Shown here: positions 18,911 through 27,607 of the stretch, one piece after another
How the letters are laid out: the number at the start of each line of letters is the position of its first letter
Position numbering within the stretch: position 1 is the first letter of the stretch
NCBI GenBank assembly: GCA_020632575.1
Contig: JACKFH010000020.1
Span: forward strand, 2,849 to 66,848
Length of the DNA stretch: 64,000 bases
Direction of reading: 5' to 3'
Origin: Candidatus Omnitrophota bacterium
GTDB taxonomy: Bacteria > Hinthialibacterota > Hinthialibacteria > OLB16
Notes under the pieces: generated by a model
What the model was told of the DNA's origin: nothing
Databases searched by the model: none
The model's input: only the letters and a program-made list of their open reading frames with translations
Program-made: the position numbers and the translations under genes

Positions 18911-19018
18911 TCCTAGGGATCGAGGCCACGGAATCGAAGGAAGGTATGAGATACCAAAGTGTTGGGATGTCTATATGAAGGTTCGAGCCCAGGGTGTTTC
19001 ATTGGCGACTTCCCACGT

Positions 19019-19180
19019 TTCCTCAATCAATCCTCTTCTGACCTCCACTTTGTTCCATCCCGACGAATCAATGTTCTGGCGAGCCTTGTCAATCATCTCA
19101 TCAGTCATGTCGATTCCGATGACGTGGCCTGTTGGGTCGACTTTCTTGGCCGCGATCAACAAGTCGATTCCAGCTCCGGA
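19019..19180 (-). pseudogene. arsM: Internal fragment of arsenite methyltransferase
   Basis: SGAGIDLLIAAKKVDPTGHVIGIDMTDEMIDKARQNI...EVRRGLIEE (SAM motif I region), truncated at both ends. Confidence 0.75.
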
Positions 19181-19300
19181 GGCAAATGCTGCCACGCATT
19201 ACATCCGGGAAGTCTTGAAGGCGCTTGAATCCGCTGGCAGCACAATTTGCGAGTCTCAATGGGGTTCATGCCGAGGAAGGACCTCGATGTGATTTTTAGA

Positions 19301-22300
19301 TCAATAGAGAAACCAATTTGAGACGGAAGAGGGGCCCGGATTTGGCGCGGGGCAGACACTGACTCCATCGTTCACGGATCCCGGCGTGCCGGTGTCCAAA
19401 TTCGACCCGAAGGCGCTTGTCTGGTAGGTCCATGTCGTGACTGGGCCCTCGCAGTAACCCTCGGACATTCCGATTCCGCGTCCTGGAGTGGCAGCCAAAG
19501 TGACCGGCGTCACAATGGTTATTCCGGAAGCCTCATAGTTCTCGTACCCAATAGAATGAATCACCACACCCGCATTTATGAGGATAATCTCGTCTCCGCC
19601 ATTTCCCAAAGTGATGTCTGTCCCATAGACGTAGTCCGGTGAGATGCCGCCATTCAGGTTCATGTCCCCAGATTCCGCGAGGACCGCGTGAGAATCACCC
19701 GGGATGATGAGAGGGCCTCCATTGTCGATCGTATGAGAATCGCTCTCATTGTCCCGAATCTCCCAACCATTGATGTCGATGCCGGATTCGGTCGTGTTGT
19801 AAATCTCAAACCATTCCTTACCTGCGTCATCGCCGTTAGCGTTCGCGAGAAACTCACTAATGATGATTTCCCCGGGTTGTGCGGTTTGAATCTGGAACAG
19901 TTTCTCATTTTGGGCGCTCCAGTTGTTTCCATTTTTGGTGCGCGCTCTGACGATTGTGTTTTGGGTGAACACGATTTGCGGATCGGCGTTCGGTCGAGTC
20001 GCCTCGAGATTCAAATCGAAACTGATATCCGAACTCGTGTCGGCAATCTGGTGGATTTCCACAGTAACGATGTTGTCGCCTTCATTCAGGAAGGTCGGCG
20101 AGATCCCACTGAAGGTCGTATTCGAATTCTCACCTTGGATATTGGCGCGAGTTTCGAAATTAATGGGTCCATCCGGCATGAAAATCCGATCGACTTCTTG
20201 GCCATTGATGTACACGACCGCGCCGTCATCGTGAACCAAATCAATGGAGAGGTCGATAATCTCTGAGACTTGCGACACAGTGAATTTGTGTCTGAAATAG
20301 GCCGTTCGTTGACCAATGACTCTCGGGCCGATGTTCGTGGTTTCGTCGCCCTCACCAAAACCAAGCTGGCTCGGACCAGATCCCCATGAACTATCATCGA
20401 AGTCATAGGCTCTCCATGCGGTTCCTTGGTCGGAGCCATCATAGAGGTATTTCCATATCGAATCTGACATCTGGACAATCGATTCGGTGATGGGACCTCC
20501 GGAAGGGTCATAAGTGATCGCATTGGGGTTGATCGCTCCTCCCTGTAGCCGAGGGTCCGATCCATCCAGAGTATAATAAATGGTTCCGAGCACCCCCGAT
20601 GGCTTACTGATTTCGAGCGATTCGCCCGGATCGACGGGACCCGCCGGGGGATTGAAGATTGGAGGTCGTTCCGCAAAACGATTGGCGATTTCGCCATCCA
20701 GCCAGTCCAGGCGATTGGCGATCCACGTTTTGAAAAGGTCGACTTCAGTCGGAAACGGATTCGGATAGAATTTGGTTTGCGGCCTGCTCATCGCTTCACT
20801 CATCAGGGCCGCTTTTTCATCGATATAGGCCAGGGTTCGTGCGGTATTCAAAGCATTTTCCCGATGCCCGAACCAACGATCGGCAAGCGCCATTTTGTAT
20901 TCGAGATATTCCTGAAGTCTTTGATGCCATTTCCCAAAAATTTCTCCGTTGAGTTTCCAGATGTCATAGGGTTTATCGTAATCGCCCGCGTTGTTGTGGA
21001 AGGAGCGATCAAAGTCCCAAGGAGGACCCGAATGAATTTTCCCATTACGGTCTTTATGAGCGAAATAACTCCCCCAGAAGGCGTCATTATCGAGACCGAT
21101 TTGTTCGACAAAACCGTGATCGATCCAGGACTCCACATCAACGTAATCGGAGTATTTGGGTCCCGCCCCGGGGTAATAAGCGCTTCCCGTATTTTGCCAA
21201 AGCACCGCATGAAATTCGTTGATATGGCTTTCGATCCAATCGATCTGCTGGTCCGTAACGTCGGAAGGGGAAGGCTCGGCAAGAATCGGTTTTCCGGCTC
21301 CGGCAGTGTGGATTCCATACGGGCCGGTTTCCAGACCATCAAGCAATGTGTCGCCAGGATCCAGTTTGTCGCTCTTAATGATGTACCCACCTGAGATTTC
21401 GGGCTTTTGATTATCAGTGGGATCGAGTTTCGCAACGTCAACTCGATTATTATCACGCTTGATTTTCTCACGGAGGACAAAAAGGCCTTTATAATCGTTT
21501 GGAGCAATGTCGCCGCCGTCTGTATTTAAATAAACTTCCGCATATCGCTGCCGCGGCGCGTAGTGTCCCATATCCCTGAACCACTTAAATGCGATTTCAT
21601 TCTTGAGTAATGAGTAGTCGATCACGTCGAACGAGACGATCCAGTCCGACTCAGCGGGCATCCCGAGAAGGGGCGTCTCATTGTCCTGTCGGTGTTCATC
21701 CTGTATCTCAAGCGCGTAATGACCCTGACCATAAGTGCTTTCCCCGCGCCTTCGGATTTCACCCCATCCCTCGAAATGTTCGGGACCGGTGATCTCAGCT
21801 CGGCCACTTTGGGCGTCGGTGTCGATAATCACGATTCGACAGTCGATGTATGGGTCAAGATCCGGATCGTCATTGAGATTGGGGAGGTCCTCGCCAAGCG
21901 TATCGAGGACGATGATCGGTAGGTTCGAGTTGAAAGAGGCCACGGATGGATCGATGAAGACATAGGTTTCAATCCGGGTGTCGGAAGGCTCATAGTCTGT
22001 CCTGAACCCAGTCGCGAGCAGAGTGGTCAAACTCTCGATATGAATGGGACTCGAGTAATCCGTCCCGTTAACGAGGCTGGGCACAGTCCCATCGGTTGTG
22101 TAACGAATAACGGCTCCGGCGGTTTCGCAAGTCAGGATCACATCGACAGCGTCAACATAGCAACCGCCTTTCACACTGACATCGGGTCGTGCAACCACCC
22201 CGAGAAACGGCCCGATCCCGGCGGAGTTGGCGGCTCCGGGTGTCGGGGTCTCCAATAACTCATAGAGACCCATCGCAAGTCCATAAGTGAGGTCCGTACC

Positions 22301-22741
22301 GATCGGCGGAAAACTGGGGTTGAACTCTTGTCCGATTGTCACCCCATCGGGCATCACCAGAGCGAGATACTCTCCTTCGCTTTTCAATTTAAAATTCGTA
22401 TGGAGTTCATTCCCCGGTGTCGCACGATTCTTGTCCGACGTGAAGACAACAAGATAGGAATCAGCCGCGATCGTTTCGGCGGGAAATCGCCATTTCACTA
22501 GATCCACTTGGCTATCGGTCATAAACCATCCGTCCAGATCGATGGATCCCGGGCCGGGATTATAGATCTCCACCCAATCAGGGTAGTCTCCATCCTCATC
22601 GGCTAGGGTCGCGGAGTTGGAAGCCATAATCTCATTGATCACGGGCGTCGATGCCTGAACATCGGGGTAACGGCAAGTAACCGCGAGAGCAATCGATATT
22701 GACAGAAGAGCAAGTGGGGAATAGTGCAATCGAATATTCAT
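19301..22741 (-). CDS. Secreted multidomain protein: lamin-tail domain, CotH kinase domain, beta-sandwich/CBM-like domain, second LTD, SVSNWFLY tail
   Basis: PVINEIMASN...DWVEIYN (LTD); IRRRGEST, GLFVLREKIK, GPPWDFDRSF (CotH); WKYLYDGSDQGTAWR; IIISEFLAN...EWFEIYN. Confidence 0.9.
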   Translation of the reverse strand: MNIRLHYSPLALLSISIALAVTCRYPDVQASTPVINEIMASNSATLADEDGDYPDWVEIYNPGPGSIDLDGWFMTDSQVDLVKWRFPAETIAADSYLVVFTSDKNRATPGNELHTNFKLKSEGEYLALVMPDGVTIGQEFNPSFPPIGTDLTYGLAMGLYELLETPTPGAANSAGIGPFLGVVARPDVSVKGGCYVDAVDVILTCETAGAVIRYTTDGTVPSLVNGTDYSSPIHIESLTTLLATGFRTDYEPSDTRIETYVFIDPSVASFNSNLPIIVLDTLGEDLPNLNDDPDLDPYIDCRIVIIDTDAQSGRAEITGPEHFEGWGEIRRRGESTYGQGHYALEIQDEHRQDNETPLLGMPAESDWIVSFDVIDYSLLKNEIAFKWFRDMGHYAPRQRYAEVYLNTDGGDIAPNDYKGLFVLREKIKRDNNRVDVAKLDPTDNQKPEISGGYIIKSDKLDPGDTLLDGLETGPYGIHTAGAGKPILAEPSPSDVTDQQIDWIESHINEFHAVLWQNTGSAYYPGAGPKYSDYVDVESWIDHGFVEQIGLDNDAFWGSYFAHKDRNGKIHSGPPWDFDRSFHNNAGDYDKPYDIWKLNGEIFGKWHQRLQEYLEYKMALADRWFGHRENALNTARTLAYIDEKAALMSEAMSRPQTKFYPNPFPTEVDLFKTWIANRLDWLDGEIANRFAERPPIFNPPAGPVDPGESLEISKPSGVLGTIYYTLDGSDPRLQGGAINPNAITYDPSGGPITESIVQMSDSIWKYLYDGSDQGTAWRAYDFDDSSWGSGPSQLGFGEGDETTNIGPRVIGQRTAYFRHKFTVSQVSEIIDLSIDLVHDDGAVVYINGQEVDRIFMPDGPINFETRANIQGENSNTTFSGISPTFLNEGDNIVTVEIHQIADTSSDISFDLNLEATRPNADPQIVFTQNTIVRARTKNGNNWSAQNEKLFQIQTAQPGEIIISEFLANANGDDAGKEWFEIYNTTESGIDINGWEIRDNESDSHTIDNGGPLIIPGDSHAVLAESGDMNLNGGISPDYVYGTDITLGNGGDEIILINAGVVIHSIGYENYEASGITIVTPVTLAATPGRGIGMSEGYCEGPVTTWTYQTSAFGSNLDTGTPGSVNDGVSVCPAPNPGPSSVSNWFLY

Positions 22742-22806
22742 GATTTAAATGTTCAGTGAAATTCTTCCAATAATGGCTCTTGAACCGGTCATCGTTTTTG
22801 TGTCAG

Positions 22807-24795
22807 CTAATCGAGATTTAGGGTTTGACAGATTTCGTTCAGTCGATCGGGCTCCTGGATATAACGGAGCCATGTAACGTAGAGACCGAGAAGCGCCACG
22901 AGGGCGATCGCGACACAAACAAGGGCGGCTGTCCAGTTTTGGATGACCATCAGCATCGGCGCGAGAAAAATCATGATCTGAAACGTGAGTGCGAATGGAA
23001 CGGCTGTCAGGTCGCGGCGGTGTTCGGCGCTTATCGCGTCGCGAATTCCCGGTTCGAGGCGTTTCTTAAGCGGACCCCAAAAACCGAAGGGCCGAGTTTT
23101 ACAGTAGAATTCTTCGAGCACTTCATCGGAGGTGGGCGGGGTGAGCAGAGCTCCCGTCACGGACCCGACAAGACCCACGGAGCCGATGGTCAATAATTGC
23201 CAGTTGGAGGTCAGGTCGGGCCAGAGGGCTCGTTGTGCGAGGGCGGCAATCAAACCCGCTGTCATCCCGATTGCAAAACCCCCGCCGTTGAAGCGCCACC
23301 AGTAAAGTCGCAGGATCAGGGGTAACATCATTCCTCCGCCAAGTCCCATAATGATCCAATCCCAGATGTCATTGATGCTTTTGATTGAGTAGGCAAAGAG
23401 AAACCCAATGCCCACTATCGCGGCGATGAAGATCCAGGTGGCGATGAGCATCTCTCTCATCCGAGCGTGGGGGCGCAGATGTTTCTGGTAGATATCGCGG
23501 ACAAACATACCGGCAGTGGTGTTGACCGTCGTGTCGAACGTCGACATGGATGCCGCCAAAAGAGCGATCAGCAAAAGGCCGCGCAGACCAGTCGGAATAT
23601 CGAAAAGGAGCACAGCGGGCATGATGCGTTCCGGATTGATGGAACCGTTGTAACTGACGAGGAGGAGTTTTTGTTTCCAATCTTCCCCAAGGATCTGAGA
23701 GAGAGAGGTGATGAGCTCTTTCGGGTAAGCCGCGGCATTGTAAATGATCCCAGAAGTCACTGCTTGCCAGTTTTCTTCAGTGACATTCTGAACATTTGCT
23801 TTGATGGTGTCCGCCGCGGAAACTATAGCGCTATGCTCTGGGAAGAGACTGCCAACAAGATAGATGCCGAGGACGGCGATCCCCATCATCATGGGCCAAC
23901 GAACCGAGATGAGGCAGGTCCAAAGGAATGAAAGTTTGGCGCATTCCGCGTCGTTCTTTGCTCCAAAATATTTCGGGTCATCGCCGGTCCCCATTCCGAA
24001 AAAGATGTTTCTCATGAGATAAATCGAAGCAAACAGAATCAACGATTCATAAGCCTCATATCCGACAGGCATGTAGGTGTGCCAATGTGGGGCGGCCTCT
24101 AACCATTGTGAGTTTCCGGTGACTCGCTCCGCAACCGCCGCCAAACTGGTCCCATCTTCGATGCGATTGACGGCCAATGCGGTGATGATGATCACTGCGA
24201 TGATGATGATGGCCGATTGAATAAAATCGGTGAGAACGACCCCATAGAAACCCGAAAACATGGTGTATATGGAAGCGACGAATACGAGCATGAAGGCGCA
24301 TTGAGGAGGCGTGAAAGGAAGGAACATGGAAAGGAAGAGACCGACGCCGACAATGAGGTATGCCAACATGCCAATGGTCATGATGATGGCGGAAATGGCT
24401 TTTACCAGTTGCGCAAAACGTCCACCGGGACCGTCACCGAAGCGGAAAATCATCCACTCGGCGCCCGTAAGGCAGCCGGAGCGACGGTGCCACTTTCCGG
24501 TCCACAGCATCATGGTCACTAGGACTAGAACAGCGCCGCCTCGGAACTCGATGAAGAGACCTCGGGGTCCGAGCATGTAAAGGAAGGAGACGATTACCAT
24601 GGTGCCGGCTACATCCAGGAAAGAAGCCATGCCGGAAACGCCTAGCACCCACCAGGGCAGGTTCCGACCGCCAACAATGTAGTCCTCAAGACTTTCCGAC
24701 GCCTTCTTCTTGAGCCAAAAACCTAATCCGAGTAGAAGAAAAAGGTAGAGGCCAATGATGAGATAATCGAAGTGATTCAGGTAATCAGTAGCCAT
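22807..24795 (-). CDS. Sodium:solute symporter family transporter
   Basis: YIVGGRNLPWWVLGVSGMAS, GFYGVVLTDFIQ, GLLLIALLAASMSTFD, LRLYWWRFNG. Confidence 0.93.
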   Translation of the reverse strand: MATDYLNHFDYLIIGLYLFLLLGLGFWLKKKASESLEDYIVGGRNLPWWVLGVSGMASFLDVAGTMVIVSFLYMLGPRGLFIEFRGGAVLVLVTMMLWTGKWHRRSGCLTGAEWMIFRFGDGPGGRFAQLVKAISAIIMTIGMLAYLIVGVGLFLSMFLPFTPPQCAFMLVFVASIYTMFSGFYGVVLTDFIQSAIIIIAVIIITALAVNRIEDGTSLAAVAERVTGNSQWLEAAPHWHTYMPVGYEAYESLILFASIYLMRNIFFGMGTGDDPKYFGAKNDAECAKLSFLWTCLISVRWPMMMGIAVLGIYLVGSLFPEHSAIVSAADTIKANVQNVTEENWQAVTSGIIYNAAAYPKELITSLSQILGEDWKQKLLLVSYNGSINPERIMPAVLLFDIPTGLRGLLLIALLAASMSTFDTTVNTTAGMFVRDIYQKHLRPHARMREMLIATWIFIAAIVGIGFLFAYSIKSINDIWDWIIMGLGGGMMLPLILRLYWWRFNGGGFAIGMTAGLIAALAQRALWPDLTSNWQLLTIGSVGLVGSVTGALLTPPTSDEVLEEFYCKTRPFGFWGPLKKRLEPGIRDAISAEHRRDLTAVPFALTFQIMIFLAPMLMVIQNWTAALVCVAIALVALLGLYVTWLRYIQEPDRLNEICQTLNLD

Positions 24796-24872
24796 GGATT
24801 CTGTGTTTTAATCAAAGTCGACCACTTTATTGGGCATTGGATCGGCACTTCCATCCTCGTGCCGGAATATGA

Positions 24873-26501
24873 TTAGGCCACTGGCCGCAATTTGATGCTC
24901 TTCAAATTCGGGTCTTCCACTTTCGCCATCCAGTCAACAAGCATCGACTTGAGTCGTTCTGCTTGGGTTTTGTATTCAAGTCGTTTCGGGTTGCGACCAA
25001 TGAGGTTGTCGATTTCGAGCGGATCTGATTCCAAGTCGTAGAGTCCGTCGAGCGATGGCATGTCCGCAGTGCGGCCAAACATGAGTTTCCAACGGCCATC
25101 GTAGACCATGTAGCCGGGAACCGCGCTTTGCTCCCACTCGCCAATCACATAATCGCGAGTCGCTTTTGGATCATCCACCAAGGAGCGCAAACTCTCTCCG
25201 TCAGTGGAGACAGGTGGCGCCTCCAGGTAATCAAGGATAGTGGCGTGCAAGTCAAGCAAACTGACCGGAGTATCAACGACACGTCCCGCGGGGATTTTGC
25301 CAGGCAGCCTCATGAGAAGTGGAATATGGGCCGACTCCTCATAGAACATGTTCTTCTCACGAAAGCCATGGGCTCCCAACATTTCACCGTGATCCGAGGT
25401 GAATATAACCAAGGTGTTGTCCGCCTCACCGATGGCCTCGAGTTTTTGGAGAATCTTGCCAATCCAATCATCGATCTCTCGAATCAGTCCGAAATAGTTT
25501 GACATCATATAACGAATTAATTTGGGATCGCTGTATTCGGGCGCCTGGTGATGTTTCGCTGAATCCTTGTAGGGAGAGTTCTCTTTAGAATCATTGAGGC
25601 TCTTCGATGGTCGCATCTCCTCCAATGGGTGCATCCCGTGGTAGGGCTTTGTGGGCGTCATCGGCGCATGGGGCAGATGAAAACTGCAAGTAATGGAGAA
25701 AGGTTTTCCTTTGGCTCGCTCTAGCGCATCGATCGTTTCCTTCGCTTGTTGCGCGGTGATGGAGAACTCCGCAGGGATATCCAGACGTCCATGGATATCC
25801 GGTTGAATGGGTTTGACCCTCTCACCCTTGGAATTCAAATAATATTCGGAAGGGGCCATGCCGTGACGCTTGTCGATGGGATCGGTCTTGTAAGGCCGAG
25901 CACTGTAAGTGTCGATCTGTTCACCCGGTTCGGCCTTCCTTCGGGGCACTTGATTCCGCTCTAAGAAATCCAAAAAATGCGTGCGCATCCCGGGCCCGAG
26001 AACTGTCCGCCCTTGTCCCGCAACAGTGACAGGATTCTTGTAGCATTTTGCTCGCATCTCGGGCGTGTGCCACTTCCCGAAAAACTCGGCATGGTAGCCA
26101 TGGTCGCTGAGGATTTCGTCATACGTGCGCAAATCACGGATCGGCGAGTTGGGTCCATGGGCAACGTCGTAAGCCTCTCGGTTGGAGGGGGTCGCCGTGT
26201 GCGAAAAGGCGCATCCGGTCAACAAACTTGTTCGAGCCGGACCACAGACGGCGCAATGGGTGTAGGCTTTGGTAAATCGAACGCCTTCCTTTGCAATACG
26301 ATCCATGTTTGGGGTCTGAAGCGGGGAGGAGCCGGCGCAACTCATGGCATCGAAACGCTGCTGGTCCGTGATGATGAAAAGCAGATTGGTTTTCCTGCCA
26401 GCCGGATTCGATAAAGCGGCGGTCGAAGAAAGGAGAGATGCACCCAGGCCGGCGCCGACGCTGTGTCGAATGAAGTTCCTACGATTGAGTTTGTCGGTCA
26501 T
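24873..26501 (-). CDS. Tat-exported sulfatase (S1 family)
   Basis: MTDKLNRRNFIRH twin-arginine leader; IITDQQRFD, CGPAR (CxPxR), FTSDHGEMLGAHG. The ORF-track extension overlaps lacI. Confidence 0.93.
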   Translation of the reverse strand: MTDKLNRRNFIRHSVGAGLGASLLSSTAALSNPAGRKTNLLFIITDQQRFDAMSCAGSSPLQTPNMDRIAKEGVRFTKAYTHCAVCGPARTSLLTGCAFSHTATPSNREAYDVAHGPNSPIRDLRTYDEILSDHGYHAEFFGKWHTPEMRAKCYKNPVTVAGQGRTVLGPGMRTHFLDFLERNQVPRRKAEPGEQIDTYSARPYKTDPIDKRHGMAPSEYYLNSKGERVKPIQPDIHGRLDIPAEFSITAQQAKETIDALERAKGKPFSITCSFHLPHAPMTPTKPYHGMHPLEEMRPSKSLNDSKENSPYKDSAKHHQAPEYSDPKLIRYMMSNYFGLIREIDDWIGKILQKLEAIGEADNTLVIFTSDHGEMLGAHGFREKNMFYEESAHIPLLMRLPGKIPAGRVVDTPVSLLDLHATILDYLEAPPVSTDGESLRSLVDDPKATRDYVIGEWEQSAVPGYMVYDGRWKLMFGRTADMPSLDGLYDLESDPLEIDNLIGRNPKRLEYKTQAERLKSMLVDWMAKVEDPNLKSIKLRPVA

Positions 26502-26562
26502 TCCATCCTTGCCTCTTCGATTATTACCGTGTTTTGTATGGATGCACTTTGGAACCGTGATT

Positions 26563-27588
26563 TCATTTTTGCTCGGGTCGTGGAGGTCCTGAAGATTCAC
26601 GGCGGATGAAGGTTTGTGGAATGTGATGACCGATTGGCGGCGCCTCGGGATCCTTGATCCGCTCTCTCAATGTTTCGAAAGCCAGCCGCGCCACCTCAGC
26701 ATTGTTCGGCACGCTTGTGGTCAAAGAGGGACGAATGAGTTCTGTCCAGAAATCGTCCTCAAAACTGACCATGGAAACGTCACGCGGGATTTCTATACCG
26801 ACTTCTTCAAGAGGGCGATAGAGCCTCAACGCAACACCATTGTTCATGGTTATGAGTGCAGTCGGTGCATCAGGATACTTGAACCACGAACAGACTTCCG
26901 GGATCCAATCTTCTTTCTCCCCATCCGCCCTGCGCAGTATTTTTGCAGCCTCTGGCGATTCCCGTTCCAGAACGCGTGTGACGCCTTCAAGTCGCTGCTC
27001 CGTACAACGGTTTCCTGGAAGCACTCCCACCACGCCAATCCGGCGATGTCCCAATTCAAGGAGATGTCGCGCAAGCACGCCGGATGATTCAATTTCTTCA
27101 CTTGTCACATAGTCGAAGTTATAGCCTCCGCTTTCACCCAATAGAACGAATGGCACTTTTCGGAGTTGCAGGTCGAGGAAATGACGATGTCCAGCAGAAC
27201 TATGATCGTCGGCGACCGGAAAGATGAGAAGACCATCGGCCCGATGTTCCAACATCGCTTTGATATGTTGTTTCTCGAGTTTAACATTCTCCTCGGAGTC
27301 CGCGATAAGCACCTGATAACCTTGGGCGCGACAGGAAGATTCGATACGGTGGAAAAAATCGATATAAGCCGGATTGCTGAGAGATGACACGATGTAGCCC
27401 AGCATGTGTTGCTTTTTCATCACGAGATTGCGGGCCAAAATGTTCGGACTATAACCAAACTGTTCTGCAAGTTTTTTTATGTCGGCTCGTCGCTTTTCAC
27501 TTACGCCCGGTTTGTTGTTAAGGACGCGGGAGACGGTGGCCACCGAAGTATTCGCAATTCGCGCAAGTTCTTCTATTGTTATGGACAA
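26563..27588 (-). CDS. LacI family transcriptional regulator
   Basis: TIEELARIANTSVATVSRVLNNKPGVSE HTH, hinge YSPNILARNL, periplasmic-binding-protein-like core, FIRREST-type end. Confidence 0.95.
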   Translation of the reverse strand: MSITIEELARIANTSVATVSRVLNNKPGVSEKRRADIKKLAEQFGYSPNILARNLVMKKQHMLGYIVSSLSNPAYIDFFHRIESSCRAQGYQVLIADSEENVKLEKQHIKAMLEHRADGLLIFPVADDHSSAGHRHFLDLQLRKVPFVLLGESGGYNFDYVTSEEIESSGVLARHLLELGHRRIGVVGVLPGNRCTEQRLEGVTRVLERESPEAAKILRRADGEKEDWIPEVCSWFKYPDAPTALITMNNGVALRLYRPLEEVGIEIPRDVSMVSFEDDFWTELIRPSLTTSVPNNAEVARLAFETLRERIKDPEAPPIGHHIPQTFIRRESSGPPRPEQK

Positions 27589-27607
27589 AGCTTTCCTCCA
27601 GATAAGG

